This document shows, piece after piece, positions 11,101 through 20,186 of a stretch of 40,340 nt of DNA. A program made the position numbers and the translations under genes. Position 1 is the stretch's first letter; each line of letters begins with the position of its first letter. The notes under the pieces were generated by a model. That model was not told where the DNA came from. It did no database searches and saw only the letters and a program-made list of their open reading frames with translations. Source of the DNA: Pachysolen tannophilus NRRL Y-2460 (taxonomy: Eukaryota); NCBI GenBank assembly GCA_001661245.1, contig KV454015.1, forward strand, positions 372,001-412,340. The letters run 5' to 3'.

Positions 11101-11800
11101 TTAAAACTAAAGTCATCTTATCTGAAGAATATTCATTTTCATAAAAATTAATCAAATTTTCTCTTAAATTCAATTTTTCAACAGTTGGTATATCGTATAA
11201 TGTGACAAAATTTCCAGTTGCAAATCTATGGAAAGGGTGATTTTTATTTGAAATTAATCTAATACCATGATATAAAATTTTATTTACAGAAATTTTATTT
11301 GAAGTATGTTCATTATCAATTGCATGAATTTCTCTTTGTATTGAAAGTTCATTAAATAAAGGATTCTTGAAAAAACTTGCAAAAACTCTTAATATTTTTT
11401 CTAAAATTAACCCATCTTTATCCTCTTGATTTCCAAAATTTCCAACATTTTTAGTTGGAATTTCAAAGAAAAAACTTGTTTGTTCTCCAGTGGTAAATGC
11501 ATTATTTCTACCACCACATGATTCAATCAATTTTTGATAATAATCTGGATCATTAAACTCTTTTGTACCTCTAAAAATCATATGCTCACAGAAATGTGCT
11601 AATCCAGGTATATCATCTGGATCTGCATGGGCTCCAGTGGCCACAGTTAAAGCTGCTGAAGCAAGATCCTCAGTTGGATCAGAAATCAAAAGTACTAATA
11701 ATCCATTTGGTAGTTGTATAACCTTATGACTCCTGTTTGAAATGCTCAAAGGCACAAGAAAATTCTGGTCAAAGTTTTTAACACAAACTACAGAATCCAT
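8177..11800 (-). CDS. AXL1: Insulinase-family (M16A) metalloprotease Axl1
   Basis: Inverted zinc motif PGLAHFCEHMIF, NAFTTGEQTSFFFE, HPFHRFATGN, ELRNKRQLGYVV. It is divergent from Ste23/IDE in the way Axl1 is. First ATG is at 11800; the track start at 11881 is TTG. Confidence 0.88.
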   Translation of the reverse strand: MDSVVCVKNFDQNFLVPLSISNRSHKVIQLPNGLLVLLISDPTEDLASAALTVATGAHADPDDIPGLAHFCEHMIFRGTKEFNDPDYYQKLIESCGGRNNAFTTGEQTSFFFEIPTKNVGNFGNQEDKDGLILEKILRVFASFFKNPLFNELSIQREIHAIDNEHTSNKISVNKILYHGIRLISNKNHPFHRFATGNFVTLYDIPTVEKLNLRENLINFYENEYSSDKMTLVLRSPQSVNQLQKFAISYFSDVGSITNKNRLKQISLLKNNSYSDETKKDNKDKNNRLNLEDFSICQQTWKEKYTTTQVFLKDETSKCIFIKRLQSSSITPTIRINFPLSYDPSANQKKIPLFTEAWCQLYGDESSNSICDALKKMGYIITLLAFKLNLAEGNDTLTLELKLTNLGYKNLDQVLKIIFKFTHNVINGNIFELGEYLSEISSIDCLKYLYEDVNKSPMSESSLYSRYLQCNLKNIGPHCLLKGSPIWHDYDHDFKGGFTESKEAKKWWTSKAILFKEFLNESTNLNNFNFVILISNDTDINSISCIKKELKSPPIFVKDNYFQFDYSIFQIDTEKLSNLDSFDKSQILYLPSKNPFLPSMVLNHSCITKELKIAADNSASSSLSFITKNHSSSIPPLLLQEGNFFQLWYKKETNLIYSSRCYLSFEIVNKSISTCLNSICIEILAELIYLNLQKTLYQSETIGYTWEILPSSKGDSRIGVTISGFSEGVELMLKIIVCELQSLISGLNEKKLDYNTLRKARVAIRTRYENIYQENGIVLANSGLIALMEENIWSLEERLNTLEELDLQNFKEFVQNFFKVDSNYLNLLVEGDIETSKVEQFSKLINKLIHHLNSSEIQLKLSEPSTYYIPKGRSYLYSTNSPPGDPSNTIVFFIQTGLRSDVYCRTLTKVLANMISTTLIPELRNKRQLGYVVFGGLRQLRKTLGLHITILSGDYKPVFLENKIFEYLQNWFVELSKMKESDFKKQVLRKFINSYLNGSQKLDSSGGPSTLTMAQRNGTGFSNNGDALKKHKIYWEQIASRSYNFNNLLGEDDIDLSLVEKVLSKQNFLSFFNEKILSSKTRSSLSLHLKTSMSEEEISKEILIQQLDALLRLKGLKIPQQKLIEIVNKSNGNLTNILKELLKYFINQGCGLKLCNVIIREIAKQLGKSLRYINSSGTKYETNNFKVEVEHIEITNITKFHKQLKFIT

Positions 11801-11936
11801 ACCGTAAAGAAAAAAAAAAAAATGAATCACCCTCCTCCCAACTGGCTTCAAAGATTGAAAAACATCTTGTGAAAAAAGCAAAACCCAGTATTTTAAATAG
11901 ATCTAATCATCATCGATTTTAACTGCAACTCATGCA

Positions 11937-11943
11937 TGTTTCA
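11937..11943 (-). promoter_or_regulatory. Pheromone response element (Ste12 site) TGAAACA
   Basis: TGTTTCA on the + strand is a perfect PRE, about 140 bp upstream of the AXL1 ATG. Confidence 0.55.
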
Positions 11944-11961
11944 TATCGAGGAAATCAAAAT

Positions 11962-11985
11962 TTTCCTTTTTAGGAAATAACAATT
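11962..11985 (-). promoter_or_regulatory. Mcm1 CArG box with adjacent HMG (MATa2-like) site
   Basis: TTTCC-TTTTTA-GGAAA is a perfect CC(W6)GG. On the AXL1 strand it reads AATTGT-TATTT-CC-TAAAAA-GG. Confidence 0.6.
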
Positions 11986-12168
11986 GTGAATCAAAAAAAT
12001 TGCAAAAAATGATACGATTTATCGTGTGCGGAATATCAAGAGCGCACAGGTTCAAATCCAGGACAAAATGGAGCTCTCCATTATCAAGGTCAAAAGAAAG
12101 AAAGTGTTGGATTGGCTATTGTTTGATCAATGAAAAAGTGGAAGGTAAAGGAAGTGTGGCTGGTATAA

Positions 12169-13644
12169 ATGATTGTTAGTAGTAGTGGGAAAAATTTTTT
12201 TTTGAAACCTTTTCTGTGGAGGTTTGGAAATGGAATTGGTTTATCTGAATTTAGATCATTCTCGTATTCTTCATGTATACGTCAGATTGTGGGAAATGAA
12301 TCAGAATCATCATCTTCAACAAGAAAACTGAGTAGCGTGAAAATTGATTCGCTAGACCAGATCTTAGCAGAATCAATCAAGACAACGGGACCGATCCCGT
12401 TGTCTTCTTATATGAAGCAATGCTTAACACATCCAGAACTTGGATATTATACTACAAGAGATCCATTGGGTAGAGTAGGTGATTTTGTCACTTCACCTGA
12501 AATTTCTTCAATGTTTGGAGAAATGATTGGGATTTGGTTATATGCTACTTGGATTGCACAAGGAAGACCATTGGATGTACAATTTGTTGAATTTGGTCCT
12601 GGGAAGGGGACATTATTATACGATGCTTTAAAATGTTTCAATAAGTTGGATAAGAATCAAAATCTGAATAGAATTAAAATTGTCTTGGTTGAAGCTTCTC
12701 CTGTCTTGAGAAATGAACAATTTAAAAAATTATGTTGTGAAGACGGAAGTAGAGATAAGAATTTGATTGAAAAAGACGAAGGCGGATTATATGAAAGTAG
12801 AACTATATGGGACAATAAGATTGAATGGGTTGAGACAGAAAAAGATATTATTAATGATCCAATTTTTACAAACTATATTATAGCTCATGAATTCTTTGAT
12901 GCATTACCTATTCATCAATTCGAAAAAACTGGGAAAGGTTGGAGAGAGTATTTGGTTGATTATTCTGTACCAACTTTAGAAAATAGCTTGATATTACCAT
13001 CTCAATCAAATTATCGTATTTCTCCACAATTAGGTTTAGAAAAAATTAATTCAAAGGCAACTTTCCATATGGTTTTATCTCCACATGAAACCCTATCTTC
13101 ATCAATTCCTAAGAGTTCACCAAGATTTGATTCATTACCTGTTGGCTCAAGAATTGAGATATGTCCTGATTCTTACTTATATTCTAAGAAAATTTCAGAA
13201 TTGATAACATGTAATGAGAAACATACAGGAGCTGCGTTGATAATTGATTATGGTCCAAAGGATACTGTTCCAATAAATACTTTAAGAGGAATCAAACTGC
13301 ACAATATATGTTCACCATTTGTAGACCCAGGAAGTGTTGATCTCTCTGCTGATGTCGATTTTGAAAATTTAAAAATTATTTTCAATGAAAATGGCTGTGA
13401 AAGTTTTGGCCCTACTCCACAAGGTGACTGGTTACATGAACTAGGTATTGGTTTTAGAGTTGATCAATTGTGCCATGCTCGGAGAAATAACAAGGAGGAA
13501 AAGGAAAAAATTATTAAAAGTTATAAAAGATTAGTGGGTAAAGGTACAAATGAGATGGGTTCTATTTACAAATTTTTAGGAGTTATTCCAAAAAAATGTG
13601 GGTTTACCCCAGTAGGATTTGGAGGAAATGCTAGAAATATCTAG
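12169..13644 (+). CDS. Mitochondrial protein arginine methyltransferase NDUFAF7/MidA (complex I assembly)
   Basis: GPIPLSSYMKQCLTHPELGYY, GDFVTSPEISSMFGEMIG, VEFGPGKGTL, AHEFFDALP, IDYG, PGSVDLSADVDF, MGSIYK; presequence-like N-terminus. Confidence 0.93.
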   Translation: MIVSSSGKNFFLKPFLWRFGNGIGLSEFRSFSYSSCIRQIVGNESESSSSTRKLSSVKIDSLDQILAESIKTTGPIPLSSYMKQCLTHPELGYYTTRDPLGRVGDFVTSPEISSMFGEMIGIWLYATWIAQGRPLDVQFVEFGPGKGTLLYDALKCFNKLDKNQNLNRIKIVLVEASPVLRNEQFKKLCCEDGSRDKNLIEKDEGGLYESRTIWDNKIEWVETEKDIINDPIFTNYIIAHEFFDALPIHQFEKTGKGWREYLVDYSVPTLENSLILPSQSNYRISPQLGLEKINSKATFHMVLSPHETLSSSIPKSSPRFDSLPVGSRIEICPDSYLYSKKISELITCNEKHTGAALIIDYGPKDTVPINTLRGIKLHNICSPFVDPGSVDLSADVDFENLKIIFNENGCESFGPTPQGDWLHELGIGFRVDQLCHARRNNKEEKEKIIKSYKRLVGKGTNEMGSIYKFLGVIPKKCGFTPVGFGGNARNI

Positions 13645-13655
13645 ATGATTTTCTT

Positions 13656-13717
13656 TTTATTTAATTTATTTAATTTATTTAATTTATTTAATTTATTTAA
13701 TTTATTTAATTTATTTA
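13656..13717. repeat. (TTTATTTAA)x6.9 tandem 9-mer between convergent stop codons
   Basis: Six perfect copies plus 8 nt. The last copy overlaps the PPM1 stop codon. Confidence 0.92.
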
Positions 13718-14782
13718 TTCATGAACAAGTTGAAATTTTTGAATTGGTTTAAAATTTAAATCCCCCCATTGTGCTAATATGAGACAGTAATGCTTATTCA
13801 TTAAAACAATTTCTTCAACTTCATCTAAAAATTCAAGATGATTAATTCTATTTAATTCATCTCCATCAATCCAATTGTTTAATACAAAATTCATATCTGC
13901 TATTTGTAAATTCTCAATCTTTAATTCTTTTGTAAATCTTTCAAATTGTTTTTCTAAAGTATTATAATGCATCAAATTAGGTAATGATATGCCTCTTGAT
14001 GATAAATTTTTAACCATTACATTACCAAAATTATCATCACCACCAATTGGCTCATAGAGTAATATTGAACTTTTATTTAAATTGTCATGGAAAAATTTAA
14101 TAACTTGATTTGCATCCAGTGGTTCCATATAACATAATACACATTCTCCCAATATTAATGTCGGTATATTTGGATTCAAATTTTGTAAAGAATTAATATT
14201 ATATTTATCTCCAAGTAATCTTAAATCTATTGGACATAAGTTATAGTTTGGTGTGAACAAGTTTTCATCATACCTTAAAAATTCTTGATAATTACTAAAA
14301 TCTTTTTCTACATCATTTAAATTTTGAAATTTCACAATTGAAGAAAGTTCTTTATTTCTTAATATTATAGCCTTTTTAATCTTTACCGATTCAACAAAAT
14401 CATATTCAAAATATTTCAAATTGGAATAAAGTGATAGAAATTTAAAAGGTCTTGTATCACTCCCTGCACCTATAGAAACAACTTGAACTTCTGGCTCTTC
14501 CTTGAATTTTCTTAAAAATTGTTCAACAACTAAGTCAATAGACTTGGTTCTAATATAAGTCCCTCTATTGATAGCTGGCAATTTAGGAGTTTCAAATGCT
14601 GACTTTAAATTCCTAGATATACTAAAATTGATATTCGAAGTAAAAGGTAAAAGCTCTTTTAACCCATCAACCATTATATCCATATACGGATCATCAATAT
14701 AATCTTTCTTAACAGCAAAGTACCGAGAAGATAAAGCATCCACATCCGTCGACCTAATCACCTTATCCTTTCTTGCATTCAT
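13715..14782 (-). CDS. PPM1: Leucine carboxyl methyltransferase 1 (PP2A methyltransferase)
   Basis: IRSTDVDALSSR, PAINRGTYIRT, QVVSIGAGSDTRPF, LGECVLCYM, YEPI..DDNFGNVMVKNL, LEFLDEVEE...HYC; no kelch domain. ATG at 14782. Confidence 0.93.
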   Translation of the reverse strand: MNARKDKVIRSTDVDALSSRYFAVKKDYIDDPYMDIMVDGLKELLPFTSNINFSISRNLKSAFETPKLPAINRGTYIRTKSIDLVVEQFLRKFKEEPEVQVVSIGAGSDTRPFKFLSLYSNLKYFEYDFVESVKIKKAIILRNKELSSIVKFQNLNDVEKDFSNYQEFLRYDENLFTPNYNLCPIDLRLLGDKYNINSLQNLNPNIPTLILGECVLCYMEPLDANQVIKFFHDNLNKSSILLYEPIGGDDNFGNVMVKNLSSRGISLPNLMHYNTLEKQFERFTKELKIENLQIADMNFVLNNWIDGDELNRINHLEFLDEVEEIVLMNKHYCLILAQWGDLNFKPIQKFQLVHE

Positions 14783-15015
14783 TCTTTTTTTATTCAACTT
14801 GAACCAGTCAGCAAATTAGTTTTGTATATTAGTTAATGTCTTTTTATGAATTTCGGCCTTAATTCGATTTCGGGTATTTTTTTTATTTATTTTTTATTTT
14901 GGTTTAATTTTAATCAACATTATTAAAATAAGATATATTAATTTTTAATAAAATATAACTATCAACGACAGATTCCTGCGGTCTAGTTTGAAAGAGAGGA
15001 ACAGAGGAACCTTCA

Positions 15016-18000
15016 ATGTCATCTAGGATGATTGAGCTTTCAGAATTGAATCCTCTTTTACAATCAACAAATTACTATGCTGTCGGTCGTTCAACTGAAG
15101 TAAGGTACTATGTTTATGAATATATAGTTGAAGAAGATGGGGAAGATACAGTGCCCATCAATATGATTTACCAATATGAATTTCTGATACGAAGCAAGTT
15201 ACCGAGTAATATGTTGTTATTGGTGCATACCAAGGATATATATTTGTATGATTTGAATTGTCAGAATGAAGAAGCAGAAAGTGGAGATGGGGTTGAAAAT
15301 GCCGTTGCCGCCATTATAGATGAAGAGAAAATGAAATTATCATTGGTTTCAAAAGGTTCATTTAATTCAAAGGCAAGTTTCCAAAACCAAGTTCCTAGAC
15401 CTCCTCAACAACAGCAACAACAATTACAGAATAAAATATATATAAATTTCTTGAAAGCTGTTAAAAGATTTTTCATTTGGAGACTTTCAGAACATAAAGG
15501 CAAAGAATTAAAAGATCAATATATAGTACCATTTGGAAATAATACCATTGCATTACTGAATTTTGAAAAGGAGAAAGCTGAAACTTTTTTTTATAAAATA
15601 ATGATAGTTGAGCCAATGTTTAATTTTAATGATCAGGTATTGGTTGGGTTATCTTTAAAAGATTATAGATTCCAAAAAATTGATGATAAGACAGAAAATT
15701 TTACAAATGATGATTATTCCATATATTTAGCACCAAGTGGTGTTAGGGTTTATCTTGCACTGGACAGTTTGGATAGTTCATTGTTGAACGAAGCTCCAAC
15801 TAATTATCCAAAATTGGTCACTTTTTTGAAAAGTTATTGCAATATTGATCTTTCTACTAAAAAAAATTCCAAATTTTTAAAAGTGATTCCAAATTTATCT
15901 CATTTAAATAATTTAACCCCAGCAATTTCAAATTCCTTGAGAGATTATAATTCAAATTTGAAATATTTGATATGGCCATTGGATTATTGTTTCATTCAAA
16001 GAGGTATAGACGATACTACAGATAAAGATTATGATGACAATCAAAGTTTAATGGGTAATCCATTTGATTTGATCGAAGATTTCATAAAATTTAACGAGTC
16101 ACTTGAATTAGATAAAAAGAAAGAAGCGGAAGCTAGATCTGCTGTAAATACTCCAATGAGCTTTACCGCTGTTACACCAACTGTACATACAAATAATGAT
16201 GAAAATATAACTGAAAATAATAATTTGCAAAGTGTATCTGAAACCAAACAGTCTCAATTTGCCTCAGAATCTACAGAAAATCCTCAACCACATGATGGTG
16301 ATGGAGGTGAAAACGTTGAAAACTGGGATGAAGAACTTTTTGGTGACTATTACGATGATGATGAGATTCAGAAAAAAGTAACTGAAGATGATTTTGATTT
16401 TTTTGATGACTCAAGAGAAAAACTGGATCAGCAAAAAACTAATAACCCTAATGGTAATGAAAACGAAATTGATGGTAAGACAGAGTCATCAATTGCTAAT
16501 TCTAAAGCGAAAACTTTGAATTTAGATGAAGAAGGGATTGATGATGTCACTCAAGTTAAAAATGAGTTTGCTTCAGAAGAAAACCGTGATAATCTCAATG
16601 ATAACGAGCAAAAGGAAAACGTTTCTTTTATCAATACCAAGGAATTTGAAAAAGCTATTGGATCAGCGTCTTCCACTTTTTATGAGGATCCAGGAGCGCC
16701 TGCTCCTCTTCCATTACCCATTATCAAGACTCCACAGACACCAAATGAGGATCTCGATAAGTCGCCAGCTGACAAAAAAAAATCTGTGTTTGCGCCATTA
16801 AACTTCAATCCAGTAATTGAAGAAAAAATTGATAGCAAATACTCTATTGGTGGAAAATTTTATGTTCCAACTGACAATGATATTGATATAACGAATGAAA
16901 ATGTCAGTACGGCAACTATTCACAACAACTCTGGTGGTAATAATTCTAATTCTATGAATCACAGCTTTGAACTACATGATCCCAGAAGTTTAGCGATTGC
17001 TACTTCGTCTCTAAGAAACGACAAATTTGATTCCAATGCTGATGAGAGCCAAAGTTCTTCTTCAAGTGATGAATATATAGATTCCAATGAAGAATATGAA
17101 GAAGAGAATGAAGAGCCTAGTTCAAGGGACGAACTGATTTTAGGGGCCAATATATTTAGTGACACTAATAGCGCAATGAGCGCTTATGGTGGTGATAAAT
17201 TAACTAATTTAACAATATCGAGTCCTTACAAAAAGAGTGATTTAACTTTGCAAAATTCTCCTCAAATTTCCTCACAAAAGTTTTCGTCACATAATTCAGG
17301 ATCTCAGTCTCGTTCTTATTCTCATTCACCAGCAGCCGTTTCAACGGCAGAAAATCAGAACTGGTTACCTTTTTTACTAAAGTTAGTTCCGAATCATACC
17401 ATTCCTTCGACTTTTTTATACACTTCTCCAACTATTAAGTATGATGAACTGGAAGAAGTATCTTTAATTTTGGCTAAAAATTTTGTGTTTGATTGTTTTA
17501 ACCAGAATTATGCGACAGCTCCAACAGGTTTTCTGAAATTGAATCTTAATAGAGATCATTTGGTAAACATTGATGACGAATTAGAAGGAATGGTTAATGA
17601 CACATTTCCAGGAATCACAAGAGTTCCACTTTATGAAATTCTTGAGTCAACGCGGCAAGATAATAATGAAGACCGCAATGGAAAGGAAAATTATGAGGTT
17701 TTAACAGGAAGGGGGAGAACTATCGTGAAAGAAGAAGAAAATCAAGATCTTGAAAGATTAGAATATACGGATTCTCTTTTTGGAGCAAGCTCGCCTATAA
17801 CTTCCAGTCAACATAATCCTGACTATGTGTCGAAAGGTGCCAATAAGAAATTAACTATTCCCGAATTGACAATGAAGAATCATTTGTTTAAAATTTCCCA
17901 GCCAACAATCAATTTAAAAAGGTTAGATCAGGATTTGAAGGCTAATTTCACAAGTTTGAATTTCTGGAATCTCTTAAATTTACAACCAATAGGTGATCAA

Positions 18001-19986
18001 CATGACTTTGAAATAAATATGATTTTACCAACTATAATAAATTCGGGTAACATAGTTGATGAATACATGGCAAGAAGTTCTGATTTTTTGGCTTCAATTA
18101 TTGAAAATTACAAGAGCAGTAGGCTTGGTAGAGCTACTAGGTTTAAATTTAGCTCAGATGAGTCCCAGAAGCTTGAAATTGAGGGTGCTAGATTTAGTGG
18201 TGGGATTTATCAGATCTTTATTGAAAAAGAAAAAGCAACAAACGAAGATAAGTTTTGGCAAGTAGTGAATGCAAAGTCTTTGGAATTTGCTAAAGCTTTA
18301 CAAGAAAGGATACTAAGAGTAAGAGAAACTCAGCAAGAGAAGCATTGTAGTCCTGCTGAAATGGATGGTGGAGAAACTACGCAATTTTTTGATAAGCCAA
18401 TTTTGTTATTGCTTGCTAATCCTTTTGATAGCATACAATCATATGTGAATATCAGTAAGATTATCCATAATTTTAAAAAAAAGGTAACAACGTATTCTTT
18501 TTCAGGCAACTTTGATGATTCTTTGTCAAAGAAAAAAAAGCGGAAAATTGAATCACCTTCTCTGGAACAAATCATGAAATTGCCTTTAAAGATATTTGAA
18601 AAAATAGTACCGATTGACTTATACTGTCCAAATGGCCAAAGTTTTAGCGTTATCTCCAACAGAAAATTGACTAGAATCTCATTAAGCTTATACAATTTGT
18701 GCCCATCATCTTGTAAAGATGATTCATTACTTCATGATTCAAGCTTCATGGATGATGCTTTTACAACCATTTCCCCAGATTTACCCAAGAAGATAGGATT
18801 TAGGATAACGAAAACCTCAATTATTAAAAGTTTAATTTCTGAGGATTTATTTGTTCATGTCGCCTATGAGAGATCGGTGGACAAGAGGTGGTGTGTTGCT
18901 ACATGGACCGATCAGTATGGTACTGTCAGAAATATGAAATGCTGGTATTGTCCAGTTTCACAATTTGGAAATAAGGAAAATCATCAACGAAATTCAAGAT
19001 TCAAAACCTTTGAACAAATTAGTAATGAAATTTGGGATATAAGCTTGAAATACGTAAACTCGCACAATGGGAAATCACATTTAGTTTTGACACGATTGAA
19101 TAATGTCATTCCTGATGATGAATTGCTTCATTGGAAAAGATTATCATTGAATACCAAAAATCTTTTTTTAATAGTGTTAACTGTAAACGTTAACTCCAAC
19201 TTTCTTTTCAATTACAATGAAAGCTCACTTCAGTCCAATTCACAACTTTTATTTCCCGGAAGTCAATCATTATTATCAAATAAATTCGTTAAGAAATTTA
19301 AGCCCCCAAACTCAGTTGGTTCTACTAATAGCGGATTTACTCCTTTCTTAATGAATGACAGTCCTGAAAATTTCAATATAAACAGCAATGTTGCCACCAC
19401 TCCCTCTGAAATGTATTCACCGAACGCCGCCATAAATTCAGGCCTTATATCTTCTGTCCAGAATAAACAATTTCAAAATTTTGAAGATGTATCTATAATT
19501 GATATTACTAACGAAGCATATGGTATTGTATTGCCTAACCCAGTTCCATTGTCCAATCAACCAAACAGGATTTCGATAAAAACAGGATATTTATACAAAG
19601 TTGTTTTAGATGTTTATAACGATGATGTAGTAACTGCTAATGGTAACAACCATGAAAGCATGAATGAACAACCACCATATGGAGATCCAAACATGATAAC
19701 ATCTGCAAGAGTTTCAGTTTCGTTATCTAATGGAAAAATTCCCAAATTCAAAAATAGTAACTTACTAGAGGTCAATTTGATGAGCTGTCCAAGTCTCATA
19801 AACAGCTTTGACTTGATCAAAACCATATTGACGCAATACAGAAGCTTATCTAATTTAGGAACATCTTGGGGTATAAACAATTCTAAAAATCAGTATGATG
19901 ATGAAAATGAGAATGTCTTAATACCATGGCATATTTTAGCCGTTAGAAAAGCATTAAATGGCTTGGTTCATGTTCGTGTTGAATAG
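15016..19986 (+). CDS. SSN2: Mediator kinase-module subunit Med13 (Ssn2/Srb9)
   Basis: 1656 aa; IYLAPSGVR, IWPLDYCF, VTEDDFDFFD, FAPLNFNP..KY..GGKF, HVAYERSVDKRWCVATWTDQYG, C-terminal LIPWHILAVRK. Confidence 0.93.
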   Translation: MSSRMIELSELNPLLQSTNYYAVGRSTEVRYYVYEYIVEEDGEDTVPINMIYQYEFLIRSKLPSNMLLLVHTKDIYLYDLNCQNEEAESGDGVENAVAAIIDEEKMKLSLVSKGSFNSKASFQNQVPRPPQQQQQQLQNKIYINFLKAVKRFFIWRLSEHKGKELKDQYIVPFGNNTIALLNFEKEKAETFFYKIMIVEPMFNFNDQVLVGLSLKDYRFQKIDDKTENFTNDDYSIYLAPSGVRVYLALDSLDSSLLNEAPTNYPKLVTFLKSYCNIDLSTKKNSKFLKVIPNLSHLNNLTPAISNSLRDYNSNLKYLIWPLDYCFIQRGIDDTTDKDYDDNQSLMGNPFDLIEDFIKFNESLELDKKKEAEARSAVNTPMSFTAVTPTVHTNNDENITENNNLQSVSETKQSQFASESTENPQPHDGDGGENVENWDEELFGDYYDDDEIQKKVTEDDFDFFDDSREKLDQQKTNNPNGNENEIDGKTESSIANSKAKTLNLDEEGIDDVTQVKNEFASEENRDNLNDNEQKENVSFINTKEFEKAIGSASSTFYEDPGAPAPLPLPIIKTPQTPNEDLDKSPADKKKSVFAPLNFNPVIEEKIDSKYSIGGKFYVPTDNDIDITNENVSTATIHNNSGGNNSNSMNHSFELHDPRSLAIATSSLRNDKFDSNADESQSSSSSDEYIDSNEEYEEENEEPSSRDELILGANIFSDTNSAMSAYGGDKLTNLTISSPYKKSDLTLQNSPQISSQKFSSHNSGSQSRSYSHSPAAVSTAENQNWLPFLLKLVPNHTIPSTFLYTSPTIKYDELEEVSLILAKNFVFDCFNQNYATAPTGFLKLNLNRDHLVNIDDELEGMVNDTFPGITRVPLYEILESTRQDNNEDRNGKENYEVLTGRGRTIVKEEENQDLERLEYTDSLFGASSPITSSQHNPDYVSKGANKKLTIPELTMKNHLFKISQPTINLKRLDQDLKANFTSLNFWNLLNLQPIGDQHDFEINMILPTIINSGNIVDEYMARSSDFLASIIENYKSSRLGRATRFKFSSDESQKLEIEGARFSGGIYQIFIEKEKATNEDKFWQVVNAKSLEFAKALQERILRVRETQQEKHCSPAEMDGGETTQFFDKPILLLLANPFDSIQSYVNISKIIHNFKKKVTTYSFSGNFDDSLSKKKKRKIESPSLEQIMKLPLKIFEKIVPIDLYCPNGQSFSVISNRKLTRISLSLYNLCPSSCKDDSLLHDSSFMDDAFTTISPDLPKKIGFRITKTSIIKSLISEDLFVHVAYERSVDKRWCVATWTDQYGTVRNMKCWYCPVSQFGNKENHQRNSRFKTFEQISNEIWDISLKYVNSHNGKSHLVLTRLNNVIPDDELLHWKRLSLNTKNLFLIVLTVNVNSNFLFNYNESSLQSNSQLLFPGSQSLLSNKFVKKFKPPNSVGSTNSGFTPFLMNDSPENFNINSNVATTPSEMYSPNAAINSGLISSVQNKQFQNFEDVSIIDITNEAYGIVLPNPVPLSNQPNRISIKTGYLYKVVLDVYNDDVVTANGNNHESMNEQPPYGDPNMITSARVSVSLSNGKIPKFKNSNLLEVNLMSCPSLINSFDLIKTILTQYRSLSNLGTSWGINNSKNQYDDENENVLIPWHILAVRKALNGLVHVRVE

Positions 19987-20186
19987 ACAAGTGCTTACAA
20001 AAAAAAATATTGTATATTAATTAATAATAACGTGAATGTATGCCGTTTATTCATTAAACATTTAGCATTTTAGCATTTAGTATTTAGTATTACCTGTAGA
20101 TTAAAAACAAAAAACTTCATTTTCACATACATCATATAATCAAATAATTAAATCACACTAATATACAGATTCTATAAAACGACAAC

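Noticed and set aside
11801..11881. N-terminal extension of Axl1 from the track
   Set aside because: It starts at TTG and crosses a T12 homopolymer; the ATG at 11800 matches the expected start.
12020..12075. Possible tRNA around GGTTCAAATCC
   Set aside because: The T-stem pairs only 2 bp, and there is no acceptor stem or A-box/D-arm.
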